From Piromyces finnis finn (lineage: Eukaryota; Fungi; Neocallimastigomycota), in assembly GCA_002104945.1 (NCBI GenBank), contig MCFH01000024.1:62001-126000 (forward strand): DNA of 64,000 nucleotides, read 5' to 3'. Below are positions 8,701 to 21,100 of the stretch, in pieces. The first letter of the stretch is position 1; each line of letters starts with the position of its first letter. A program made the position numbers and the translations under genes. A model generated the notes under the pieces. It searched no databases. It was given only the letters and a program-made list of their open reading frames with translations, and was not told the origin of the DNA.

Positions 8701-11198
8701 ATATAATTAAAGTTCCTTACTTGAAAAGTTTCTGTATCTTGACTATATGTTTCATTATTATTTTCTTTTTCTAAATTATAATTGTAGTCACCAGGTTCTT
8801 CTTCTAAAAAACCTACGACTCTTTTCACTTTAATTTTCCTTGATTTTATGTCGAATATTCTGTATCCTACTGAAGATTCATCATATCCGATAAAGATTCC
8901 CTCCTTAGTTTTGTCTTGAAATTTTGGAATGTTACTGTCATCTAAATAATACACTTTACATCCAAATACTCTTAAATTTTTATAATCAACTTTTCTGTTG
9001 TACATTAATTCAAATGGTATTTCACCATTAATTCCACTGTGCGGAACTCGATTATGAACATAGTTCGCTGTTTTCACAGCATCTTCCCAAAAGCGACGAC
9101 ATAACCTTGCGTCCATTAACATTGCAGTAGCAGTTTTTATTAACTTTCCATTGAATCTTTCTGCTCTTCCATTCTGCTCCGGATTTCCAGGGACGGTGAA
9201 TTGTTGAGTTATTCCATATTCGTTACATAACTCCTTGAAGTTATTAGAAGTGAATTCAGTTCCATTATCGCTTCTAAGATATTTTACTTTGGATGATAAT
9301 TCATTAGTAGTTTTATTCAGCCAATTTCCAAATTCTTTGAAAACATCACTTTTATTCTTGACAAATATTACCCATCCATATCGACTGTAATCATCTAAGA
9401 TACTTAAAAAGTATACGTTGTCATGAATTGATGGTATGATTGGACCTACCAAATCGATGTGTACTAGTTCCAAAACACTTGATGCTCTACTATCTGACCT
9501 TTTATGAGGGATTTCTTTCATTTTGCTTCTCATGCATATTGTACAATTGTGAATATTGTTCTTTTCATCATTATTGTTGAAATTCAGATGCCCTATTCTT
9601 CTATGCCAGTATTCACCATTGTTTCGTACATTATCGCACATTGAGTAATTATTAACTACATTACCTTCTTTGATGTACAAATTGAATACATCATATTCAT
9701 TTGCTTTAACTTCGTATACATTATCTGTTTTCTTATCTTTTATATATGCAAATACATTATTGTTCTTCTCATCAAAGATTATTTGGTAGCCACTTTTAAC
9801 TAACTTGGCAACAGAAATTAAATTTCGTTTTACATCTGGGATGTACATTACATCTTCTAATTTTATTGGTTCTTCGTTAATAGATCCATTTACTTCACCC
9901 ATATGTGTTGACTTTGTAGTCGCTCCATTTGCATAATTGATTGGTTCTACATGTTCAAAAACATTTTTGAGAATTCCTATATCTTTGGTAATATGATTAG
10001 AAGCACCAGAATCTAAAGTCCATGTAGTAAAACTTGTAGGTACATTTTCACAAGATACGTAATTGCATGATTTATTATTACATTCATCATTGTTATTGTC
10101 AAATAATGTATTGTAATCAACTGTAAACAAATCTTGATATCCAACTTCTGGTTCAAAGTCTTCAGTGGTTTGTTTATTTACTATTTCACCTGTTGCTAAA
10201 AATGCTTCCTTGCCTTTATTTTTCTCTTTTCTTAGCCTTCTTGTAACTTCTTCTGAAAGTTCTTTTTGAATACGACATTGTTTTACAGTATGTCCTTTTT
10301 GATGACAAAAATAACATGTAATGTTTTGTTTATTTTTGTTATTCCAATTTCTTTCTTCATTGGACTTTTCTTTTCCTTTATTTGTATTTTTATTATGATT
10401 ATTACTTTGTTTGTTGCGGTAGTATTTAGTACTTTCCTTTCTTTTATCACCTTTGTAACTACCTTCAACACTAAAGATATGTCTAATTCCGAAGGTTTCA
10501 GATTTCTCTTTCGGATCAAATTTGTTCATCTTATCTATCATTCTTGCTGTGTCCTTTTTGCATTCTTCCCAGTCTTCATGCTTAAGGACTGTGACTTTCC
10601 TATATTTTTCTGGTAAGGCTTGATACAGTAAACCAATTTTTTCTTCATCATCTATTTTCACATTTAGTTGTTCTAACTTATTAAAGTTGGAATTTAACTT
10701 ATTTACAAATCTTGAGAAACTTTCTTTCGGGTCGTATTTTAAGGAGTTTGTTTCCTTAATAAGCCTATTCTTTCTTTCTATTTTATCCCCTAAATAAATG
10801 TCTTCTAATAGTTTCCACATTTCGTAGCTTGTTAAAGACCTATCTTGGATATCTTGTTGGCAGTTTGGGCCTAAAGTATACCTAATTAAAAATTGGATAT
10901 TCCTATCTGTTTTTAAGTCATCTTCGGTTACGTTCTTATCATAGTAGGTATTGATTTCAAAAGGTGCCTTTAGATATTCTTCTCCGTCGATATCCATTCC
11001 TTCGTCACTTTTGATCTTTGGGGTTTTGTTTTCATCAACCCAATCTTCAAGACCATAATAATTTAAAATATTCCTCATAAACATTTGCCACGTTATGAAA
11101 TTTTTATTGTTCAATTCATAAGTGACCTTTCCTAGCATAACGGTAGGATCGAATATAGGAATTGATCCAGTATCTCCGTTAGATTTTCTTTTTGACAT
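5745..11198 (-). CDS. Copia Gag-Pol polyprotein (1817 aa from the first ATG)
   Basis: Zinc knuckle CYFCHQKGHTVKQC; protease WTLDSGASNHI; pre-integrase WHRRIGH...CTIC; integrase HIDLVGP/LRSDNGTEF/NGRAERFN; RT YVDDIL; RNase H DSDYGG/EAEY/DNQA/ADGFTK, in copia order PR-IN-RT-RH. Confidence 0.98.
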   Translation of the reverse strand: MSKRKSNGDTGSIPIFDPTVMLGKVTYELNNKNFITWQMFMRNILNYYGLEDWVDENKTPKIKSDEGMDIDGEEYLKAPFEINTYYDKNVTEDDLKTDRNIQFLIRYTLGPNCQQDIQDRSLTSYEMWKLLEDIYLGDKIERKNRLIKETNSLKYDPKESFSRFVNKLNSNFNKLEQLNVKIDDEEKIGLLYQALPEKYRKVTVLKHEDWEECKKDTARMIDKMNKFDPKEKSETFGIRHIFSVEGSYKGDKRKESTKYYRNKQSNNHNKNTNKGKEKSNEERNWNNKNKQNITCYFCHQKGHTVKQCRIQKELSEEVTRRLRKEKNKGKEAFLATGEIVNKQTTEDFEPEVGYQDLFTVDYNTLFDNNNDECNNKSCNYVSCENVPTSFTTWTLDSGASNHITKDIGILKNVFEHVEPINYANGATTKSTHMGEVNGSINEEPIKLEDVMYIPDVKRNLISVAKLVKSGYQIIFDEKNNNVFAYIKDKKTDNVYEVKANEYDVFNLYIKEGNVVNNYSMCDNVRNNGEYWHRRIGHLNFNNNDEKNNIHNCTICMRSKMKEIPHKRSDSRASSVLELVHIDLVGPIIPSIHDNVYFLSILDDYSRYGWVIFVKNKSDVFKEFGNWLNKTTNELSSKVKYLRSDNGTEFTSNNFKELCNEYGITQQFTVPGNPEQNGRAERFNGKLIKTATAMLMDARLCRRFWEDAVKTANYVHNRVPHSGINGEIPFELMYNRKVDYKNLRVFGCKVYYLDDSNIPKFQDKTKEGIFIGYDESSVGYRIFDIKSRKIKVKRVVGFLEEEPGDYNYNLEKENNNETYSQDTETFQVRNFNYMYDKENENNNNKDKKEKDISNENDKLMNENLETLNDKTSNKEDLKEVNYEEKFRNIEEKLDKLTSLLNKEKNNSSESFMQVCEDTNDSNMSIEDSEEEDLNLLDYIKLKEKKKERLNKNNYQKIEGMEENKEIKISTSMESVSETNKEKENNNDISGSNDGNINNFTLEENNLKYNNLKYNSADETEICEIKEVNIKRNDDKKNKNINSKDNSNISKDNKRNNKYLNAKGNVYFIEENSDIVNKNELIEEVLKIPSEMEINDLTGEIDNNDFLNILSPDIDLGTRKKIDFENIESVKNNINKNNRKEIENNYSNVKVNYKNEEYYKKNYIPINENEIRRNLNKENINIPEEKSKFKNISDEKESNLNNQNKKEYNLRNLKNKNEIKDPINKDKSKKKFFDKKKLLSKQNFLNKRNLNRKLKSNKNFKLNENHPPKEEKFPRKRKLVPSEDVIEEKFSKPHEHEPEKKKIKEVALTIAQIKEPNSYNDIFKRKDKDKWIKAIEAELLNMKERKVFKRIDEVPEDANIIDSRWVFKIKRNSTGEIEKYKARLVARGFTQEYGEDYNETFSPTLKQDSLRILIGIAAINNYKIHQLDVKAAYLYADLKEDIYMKAPEGDKMYKKGLWKLNKALYGLKQAAREWNNNISNTLIELGFQKLVSEPCIFIKTKNNKLVCLVGIYVDDILITGKKEEIDKTIKLIKEKYVITDVGDANFIIGIKVETLKDGYLLHQERYLKDILHKFGLENCRGSKTTTPIKNDEQLNQPFDPTTYRAAIGSLLYLAIGTRPDILFSVTKASRFSQNPTIQNWKNVLQIFKYLKENPHYGIRFERNLNLKIFVDSDYGGDEETRKSTTGFVFLLGNGPTSWYSKLQKCVSTSTAEAEYYGLCECSKQALWYRNIFSELKIKEECLKINIDNQATIYNANNETINPKSKHIDIKYHKVRELIKENKISLEYIKSEENLADGFTKYLNKNKMKIFRDSLLYKYK

Positions 11199-11224
11199 AT
11201 TAAAAAAAAACTTACTTAAATATA

Positions 11225-11246
11225 AGAGCAATTGAGACTCTTAATC
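11225..11246 (-). promoter_or_regulatory. Primer-binding site complementary to the anticodon arm of tRNA-Lys(CUU)
   Basis: GATTAAGAGTCTCA-AT-TGCTCT directly abuts the 5' LTR; its reverse complement AGAGCA-(AT)-TGAGACTCTTAATC matches the tRNA-Lys(CUU) D-stem to anticodon arm as I recall it from animal tRNA. No TGG-type PBS is present. Confidence 0.8.
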
Positions 11247-11481
11247 TGTCAGATAAATTTAGTTTACACTTAAATTTATTTATAAAACTATTTGGGTTTT
11301 TATAATCTTTTATTTATTTATATTTATTTTATAATATAAATATTGTAACTTTCTTAAAATCTTTTTATTAAAAAATAACCAAAGAATAAAAATGTAGTAC
11401 AATATTAATTTATAATTTTATAAAATACAAATACATAAAAAATACATAAAATATTATTTTGTAATGTATTTTATTTTCACA
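11247..11481 (-). repeat. 5' LTR of copia copy 1
   Basis: Matches 5488-5722; followed by TSD ATCTC. Confidence 0.97.
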
Positions 11482-14104
11482 ATCTCCATCATAGCTTTTT
11501 TATTAAAAAGTGGAGAAAATGGTCTTTTTTAATAATTTTTAAAATAAAAACAGTATATCTTTCTTTTTAATAATATTAATAAAAAATTAAAGCTATACTG
11601 TTTTTATACTTTATAAATACAACAAGTTATGATTAATAGAAAAAAAAAAAAGTAGATAATGGATAAAGAACTAAATAAACTTTTTATTTACATTACAATT
11701 ATAATGTAATATAATGTAATACATAAATGTTTCTATTGGTTTATGGTATAATTGTATTGTATTTTTTTTAATGAAAATCAATTCAAAAAAAAATTAATTT
11801 AAAAAAATTATCGATCTTTTTCATTTTATTTTTTCTTTTTTTAGATGACTCACATTTTATTAAAATTAAAATTTATTCATTGAAAAGACAACAACAGTGA
11901 AAAGAAAAAAAATATAGACATATATATTTCTCGATTTTTAATAAAAAAAAAAACCTTTATTTTTTAATATAATAATAATAAATACACTTTATATTTTATA
12001 TCTTTTACTTTTTTTTTTGCCTATTATTTAATAATAAAAAAATGTACTAATAAAATATGAATTATAATATTAATGTTAAAACTATACTTGAAAGTTAACA
12101 GTAAAAACATTATTTATATATAATATATATAAAAATAATGATAAGTTTTTAACTATCCAATGGAATAAAAATAAAAAAAATCCCTCTTTTTTAATATTTT
12201 AATATAACTAATTAAAGTAGTATTAGATTAAACTATTAAGTCTAGAAAAAAAAAAAAAAAAAAGAAGAGGGAGAAAAAAAAAGAGGAAAGTTTCACACTT
12301 TAAAAAGTTTATTTTTAAATAGAACAAAAAAAAAATAAACATTTTTAAATTGTATAGAATAATGAATAGAAAAAGATTTTTGGAACATTTTATTTATAAT
12401 AAAGTTTAATGACAACCATTTTCTAAAAAAAAAAAAAGGAAAAAAAATGATTCATTTTATTTCTAAAAACAAATATTTAATGTTGTGTCATTATTATTAA
12501 TATATTTAAGTATTGAATTATACAATAAAAAAAAAAAGAGAGAGAGGGGAAAAAAAGTTAATTCAATATAAAATATAGTTTGAATAAGTAGTGACGTAAC
12601 TTTTTTTTAAACAAAATCTAGAAATACGTAAGAGAGGGGAGAAAAAAAAATTATTATTCCATCAAAGAAGAAAAAAAAGGATTCATTCACTAAATATATA
12701 TATATTATTTTTATAGTATTATCAATAGTTTAGTTTTTGAGATATTTATATAATGTATTTGCATATTTAAAAAATAATATTAACATTGTTATTAAAGTTC
12801 AAAATAACAACGAAATACAAGAAAAAAAACCCACACATCCATTATAATTTCATACAATAAAGTCATACATTTCTTTCTTTTCCTATGATTAATATAATAA
12901 TAGATGAAGGAGTAAAGATTTAAGATGAACAAGAATTAATATAAATATCCCATAATCCTATTCATAATTATTTTAATGAGTCTAAATAAATTTTTTAAAA
13001 GTTTATTTTTTTTTATCCTTTTTTTTACATTACGACAAGAGCTTTTTTTTTTTTTTTTTTTATAATTTGTTAATCAAAATATAAATGCATATATTAAAAT
13101 GTATCATAATATATTTATTTAGCTTTAATTACCTATCATTTTAATTTTTAATATATGAGGTATGTAATTTATCCACTCTTCCTGAAAACAATAACAACCT
13201 CTTCTTCAATAATAAAATAAAAATATTATAAATGGTATGGTAGATAGTATTATTATAATATAATGAATCATAAAGAGTTGGTAGATTTTTAATATTTAAT
13301 AAATCAATAGTGATAATAATATATAAATAATATTTTTTTAGTCTTTTATTTATATTATTGAAAAAAAAAACAGTTTAAAAGATATATTATTTTTACCATA
13401 ATAATTACCTTTGATGAAAATGTTTAATAATAAAAGAAAAATTATACATATTTTTTATTTTTTATTTTTTTTGATGATTAGAATTTAGTATAATGACAAT
13501 TAAAGAGGAAATATTTAATGCATCCTCTTGGTTTATTTCTTTCTTTTTTTTTTTTTTTTTTTTTTTGATCATCTTTTAAACTTTTTTAAATGATGACTCA
13601 TACTATTTTTGATCAAACTTTTTTCCAATCAACTTTGTTTAATAAAGAAAAAAAAATTAAAAGTGAAAATATATATATATATATATTTACAATAAAATAA
13701 AAACAAATATTTTGATAATAAAAGATATATAGAATTATATAGATTTTATTGTAATTTAAGCATATCATTATAACATTATAGTTTATATTATTTTTTATAT
13801 TTAAAAATGGGTTGTGTCATAATTATAAGGTATGGAAAACAAAAACAAAAATAGCGATTAAATTAGGAATATTAAATTTTTTTAAAATAATTAAACTATC
13901 CATTTTAATATAAATAAATAAAAAAAACTTTAATTAAAAAATTAATGAAATGGTGTAGTTGAACAAGGCTAGAATCTTACATATATTAGGAAATCAAAGA
14001 AGGCTTAAAAAAAAAAAAGTTTAACTTTAAAATAGATTTTATCCTTTATTAATTAATTATTGATTTTCCTAATAGAAATAGTTAATTTATATATTATCAT
14101 TCTT

Positions 14105-14540
<436 letters not shown>

Positions 14541-15118
14541 AAATTATAATCCTATAATATTCTATAACAAAAAAGTTTGTTTTAAACATAAACATATTTA
14601 TTGTACATGTTATCAAATTCTATTTTATATATATTATTATTATCAACAACAACATCAAATAATTGTTGTCAAAAAGACTACTTTATAAACAATTTCCTTT
14701 TTTAAATTTTGATTATAGTTAAAAAAATGAATAATAATAATATTAATAATAAAATTCTTTTTACCATAATGTTCAAAGAGATATTCTTATTTTTCAAAAA
14801 AAAAAATTCTTTTATTGCTGACGATTTGTTTATTACTTTATGGTATTTTATTATTGTTAATTATATTCTTGATGTTTTTTTTTCAATAGTTTATTATTTT
14901 AATACTATTTGATGTATCATTAAGTTGTTGTTTTCTTATTTAAAAAAAATATTTTTTTTTTTTGATTATTTCAAAATAATAGAAAGTGCTTTTTTTTTTT
15001 AGATTATTAAGATTATTTAAATATTTAAAAGTGATTATTTTTAAGGTTTGGAGATAATAATAGATTATTTTTTTTTTTACATTTTCGGATAATTTACCAA
15101 CTTTTTTATTATTATTAT

Positions 15119-18100
15119 TGTCAGATAAATTTAGTTTACACTTAAATTTATTTATAAAACTATTTGGGTTTTTATAATCTTTTATTTATTTATATTTATT
15201 TTATAATATAAATATTGTAACTTTCTTAAAATCTTTTTATTAAAAAATAACCAAAGAATAAAAATGTAGTACAATATTAATTTATAATTTTATAAAATAC
15301 AAATACATAAAAAATACATAAAATATTATTTTGGAATGTATTTTATTTTCACACTCCCCCAAAGTTATAAATTCATTATTTGTATTTATATAATAAACTA
15401 TCTCTAAATATTTTCATTTTATTTTTATTCAAGTATTTAGTAAAACCATCTGCTAAATTTTCTTCTGATTTTATATATTCTAGACTGATTTTATTTTCTT
15501 TAATTAATTCTCTTACTTTATGGTACTTAATATCAATATGTTTTGACTTTGGATTAATCGTTTCATTATTTGCGTTGTAAATAGTTGCTTGATTATCAAT
15601 ATTGATTTTTAAGCATTCTTCCTTTATTTTTAATTCACTAAAAATATTTCTATACCACAGAGCTTGCTTTGAGCATTCACAAAGTCCATAATATTCTGCT
15701 TCGGCGGTTGAAGTTGATACACATTTTTGCAGTTTTGAGTACCAGCTTGTTGGTCCATTTCCCAATAAAAATACAAATCCAGTGGTAGATTTTCTTGTTT
15801 CTTCATCTCCCCCATAGTCTGAATCTACAAAAATCTTCAAATTTAAGTTTCTTTCAAAACGGATTCCATAATGAGGATTTTCTTTCAGATATTTGAATAT
15901 TTGTAATACATTCTTCCAATTTTGGATAGTAGGATTTTGTGAGAACCTAGATGCTTTGGTTACTGAAAATAAGATATCTGGACGAGTACCTATGGCTAAA
16001 TATAAAAGACTTCCTATTGCAGCTCTATAAGTAGTAGGGTCAAAAGGCTGATTGAGTTGTTCATCATTCTTGATTGGTGTAGTTGTCTTTGATCCTCTGC
16101 AGTTTTCTAAACCAAATTTGTGTAATATATCCTTTAAATACCTTTCTTGATGTAACAAATACCCATCTTTTAACGTTTCTACTTTGATTCCTATGATGAA
16201 ATTTGCATCACCAACATCCGTGATAACATATTTCTCTTTAATTAATTTAATAGTTTTATCTATTTCTTCCTTTTTACCAGTTATTAGGATGTCATCAACA
16301 TATATTCCAACTAAACATACTAATTTATTGTTTTTGGTCTTTATAAATATGCATGGTTCGCTAACTAATTTCTGAAATCCTAGTTCAATGAGAGTATTGC
16401 TGATGTTGTTATTCCATTCTCTTGCTGCTTGTTTTAAGCCATATAATGCTTTATTTAATTTCCATAATCCTTTTTTATACATTTTATCTCCTTCAGGTGC
16501 TTTCATATATATATCTTCCTTTAAATCTGCATACAAATATGCGGCCTTAACATCTAATTGATGGATTTTATAGTTATTAATTGCAGCTATTCCTATTAGG
16601 ATTCTTAATGAGTCTTGTTTTAGAGTAGGAGAAAAGGTCTCATTGTAGTCTTCTCCATATTCTTGTGTAAAACCTCTGGCTACAAGTCTAGCTTTGTATT
16701 TTTCTATCTCACCAGTGCTATTCCTTTTTATCTTAAATACCCATCTTGAATCAATAATATTGGCGTCTTCTGGAACTTCATCTATTCTTTTGAACACTTT
16801 TCTTTCTTTCATATTTAGCAATTCGGCTTCTATTGCTTTTATCCACTTATCCTTATCTTTTCTTTTAAATATATCATTATAGGAATTTGGCTCCTTGATT
16901 TGTGCTATAGTTAGCGCCACTTCCTTAATTTTCTTCTTTTCTGGTTCATGTTCATGTGGCTTACTAAATTTTTCTTCTATGACATCTTCACTTGGAACAA
17001 GTTTCCGCTTTCTTGGGAATTTTTCTTCCTTTGGTGGATGATTTTCATTTAATTTAAAATTTTTATTGGATTTTAATTTTCTATTTAGATTTCTCTTATT
17101 CAAAAAATTTTGTTTTGATAATAACTTTTTCTTATCAAAAAATTTTTTCTTAGATTTATCTTTATTGATTGGATCTTTAATTTCATTTTTATTTTTTAAA
17201 TTTCTCAAATTATATTCCTTTTTATTTTGATTATTTAAATTACTTTCTTTTTCATCAGAAATATTTTTAAATTTGGACTTTTCTTCAGGAATATTGATAT
17301 TTTCTTTATTCAAATTTCTTCTTATTTCATTCTCATTAATAGGTATGTAATTTTTCTTATAATATTCTTCATTCTTATAATTTACTTTTACATTTGAATA
17401 ATTATTTTCTATTTCTTTTCTATTATTTTTATTTATATTATTTTTGACACTCTCAATATTTTCAAAATCAATTTTCTTTCTTGTTCCTAAATCAATGTCA
17501 GGACTCAGGATATTTAAAAAATCATTATTGTCAATTTCTCCAGTTAAATCATTTATCTCCATTTCTGATGGTGTTTTTAATACTTCTTCAATTAATTCAT
17601 TTTTATTTACAATGTCTGAATTTTCTTCTATAAAATAAACATTTCCTTTTGCATTCAGGTATTTATTATTCCTTTTATTATCCTTTGATATATTTGAATT
17701 GTCTTTACTGTTTATATTTTTATTTTTCTTGTCGTCATTTCTCTTTATATTCACTTCTTTAATTTCACAAATTTCAGTTTCGTCAGCACTATTATATTTT
17801 AAATTATTATATTTTAAATTATTTTCTTCCAAGGTAAAGTTATTTATATTGCCGTCGTTACTTCCTGAAATGTCATTATTGTTTTCTTTTTCTTTATTGG
17901 TTTCACTTACAGATTCCATTGAAGTACTTATTTTAATTTCTTTATTTTCTTCCATTTCTTCAATTTTCTGGTAATTATTTTTGTTCAAACGTTCTTTTTT
18001 CTTTTCTTTTAGTTTAATATAGTCTAAGAGATTTAAGTCTTCTTCTTCTGAGTCTTCTATACTCATATTACTATCATTAGTGTCCTCGCAGACTTGCATA

Positions 18101-21100
18101 AAACTTTCAGAACTATTATTTTTTTCTTTATTTAATAGTGACGTGAGCTTATCCAGCTTTTCTTCTATATTTCTAAATTTTTCTTCATAATTTACTTCTT
18201 TTAAGTCTTCTTTATTACTAGTTTTATCATTGAGTGTTTCTAGGTTTTCATTCATTAATTTATCATTTTCATTTGAAATGTCCTTTTCTTTTTTGTCTTT
18301 ATTGTTATTGTTTTCATTTTCTTTATCATACATATAATTAAAGTTCCTTACTTGAAAAGTTTCTGTATCTTGACTATATGTTTCATTATTATTTTCTTTT
18401 TCTAAATTATAATTGTAGTCACCAGGTTCTTCTTCTAAAAAACCTACGACTCTTTTCACTTTAATTTTCCTTGATTTTATGTCGAATATTCTGTATCCTA
18501 CTGAAGATTCATCATATCCGATAAAGATTCCCTCCTTAGTTTTGTCTTGAAATTTTGGAATGTTACTGTCATCTAAATAATACACTTTACATCCAAATAC
18601 TCTTAAATTTTTATAATCAACTTTTCTGTTGTACATTAATTCAAATGGTATTTCACCATTAATTCCACTGTGCGGAACTCGATTATGAACATAGTTCGCT
18701 GTTTTCACAGCATCTTCCCAAAAGCGACGACATAACCTTGCGTCCATTAACATTGCAGTAGCAGTTTTTATTAACTTTCCATTGAATCTTTCTGCTCTTC
18801 CATTCTGCTCCGGATTTCCAGGGACGGTGAATTGTTGAGTTATTCCATATTCGTTACATAACTCCTTGAAGTTATTAGAAGTGAATTCAGTTCCATTATC
18901 GCTTCTAAGATATTTTACTTTGGATGATAATTCATTAGTAGTTTTATTCAGCCAATTTCCAAATTCTTTGAAAACATCACTTTTATTCTTGACAAATATT
19001 ACCCATCCATATCGACTGTAATCATCTAAGATACTTAAAAAGTATACGTTGTCATGAATTGATGGTGTGATTGGACCTACCAAATCGATGTGTACTAGTT
19101 CCAAAACACTTGATGCTCTACTATCTGACCTTTTATGAGGGATTTCTTTCATTTTGCTTCTCATGCATATTGTACAATTGTGAATATTGTTCTTTTCATC
19201 ATTATTGTTGAAATTCAGATGCCCTATTCTTCTATGCCAGTATTCACCATTGTTTCGTACATTATCGCACATTGAGTAATTATTAACTACATTACCTTCT
19301 TTGATGTACAAATTGAATACATCATATTCATTTGCTTTAACTTCGTATACATTATCTGTTTTCTTATCTTTTATATATGCAAATACATTATTGTTCTTCT
19401 CATCAAAGATTATTTGGTAGCCACTTTTAACTAACTTGGCAACAGAAATTAAATTTCGTTTTACATCTGGGATGTACATTACATCTTCTAATTTTATTGG
19501 TTCTTCATTAATAGATCCATTTACTTCACCCATATGTGTTGACTTTGTAGTCGCTCCATTTGCATAATTGATTGGTTCTACATGTTCAAAAACATTTTTG
19601 AGAATTCCTATATCTTTGGTAATATGATTAGAAGCACCAGAATCTAAAGTCCATGTAGTAAAACTTGTAGGTACATTTTCACAAGATACGTAATTGCATG
19701 ATTTATTATTACATTCATCATTGTTATTGTCAAATAATGCATTGTAATCAACTGTAAACAAATCTTGATATCCAACTTCTGGTTCAAAGTCTTCAGTGGT
19801 TTGTTTATTTACTATTTCACCTGTTGCTAAAAATGCTTCCTTGCCTTTATTTTTCTCTTTTCTTAGCCTTCTTGTAACTTCTTCTGAAAGTTCTTTTTGA
19901 ATACGACATTGTTTTACAGTATGTCCTTTTTGATGACAAAAATAACATGTAATGTTTTGTTTATTTTTGTTATTCCAATTTCTTTCTTCATTGGACTTTT
20001 CTTTTCCTTTATTTGTATTTTTATTATGATTATTACTTTGTTTGTTGCGGTAGTATTTAGTACTTTCCTTTCTTTTATCACCTTTGTAACTACCTTCAAC
20101 ACTAAAGATATGTCTAATTCCGAAGGTTTCAGATTTCTCTTTCGGATCAAATTTGTTCATCTTATCTATCATTCTTGCTGTGTCCTTTTTGCATTCTTCC
20201 CAGTCTTCATGCTTAAGGACTGTGACTTTCCTATATTTTTCTGGTAAGGCTTGATACAGTAAACCAATTTTTTCTTCATCATCTATTTTCACATTTAGTT
20301 GTTCTAACTTATTAAAGTTGGAATTTAACTTATTTACAAATCTTGAGAAACTTTCTTTCGGGTCGTATTTTAAGGAGTTTGTTTCCTTAATAAGCCTATT
20401 CTTTCTTTCTATTTTATCCCCTAAATAAATGTCTTCTAATAGTTTCCACATTTCGTAGCTTGTTAAAGACCTATCTTGGATATCTTGTTGGCAGTTTGGG
20501 CCTAAAGTATACCTAATTAAAAATTGGATATTCCTATCTGTTTTTAAGTCATCTTCGGTTACGTTCTTATCATAGTAGGTATTGATTTCAAAAGGTGCCT
20601 TTAGATATTCTTCTCCGTCGATATCCATTCCTTCGTCACTTTTGATCTTTGGGGTTTTGTTTTCATCAACCCAATCTTCAAGACCATAATAATTTAAAAT
20701 ATTCCTCATAAACATTTGCCACGTTATGAAATTTTTATTGTTCAATTCATAAGTGACCTTTCCTAGCATAACGGTAGGATCGAATATAGGAATTGATCCA
20801 GTATCTCCGTTAGATTTTCTTTTTGACATATTAAAAAAAAACTTACTTAAATATAAGAGCAATTGAGACTCTTAATCTGTCAGATAAATTTAGTTTACAC
20901 TTAAATTTATTTATAAAACTATTTGGGTTTTTATAATCTTTTATTTATTTATATTTATTTTATAATATAAATATTGTAACTTTCTTAAAATCTTTTTATT
21001 AAAAAATAACCAAAGAATAAAAATGTAGTACAATATTAATTTATAATTTTATAAAATACAAATACATAAAAAATACATAAAATATTATTTTGGAATGTAT

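Larger units (their letters stand above)
5488..11481 (-). mobile_element. Full-length Ty1/copia LTR retrotransposon, copy 1 (5,994 bp)
   Basis: 235-bp LTRs at 5488-5722 and 11247-11481 with TG...CA ends; TSD ATCTC at 5483-5487 and 11482-11486; PPT GGGGGAG at 5723-5729 (minus); single intact gag-pol ORF. Confidence 0.98.

Noticed and set aside
11199-11231. TTG start for the 1828-aa ORF
   Set aside because: It overlaps the PBS and leader; the first ATG at 11198 is the more plausible eukaryotic start.
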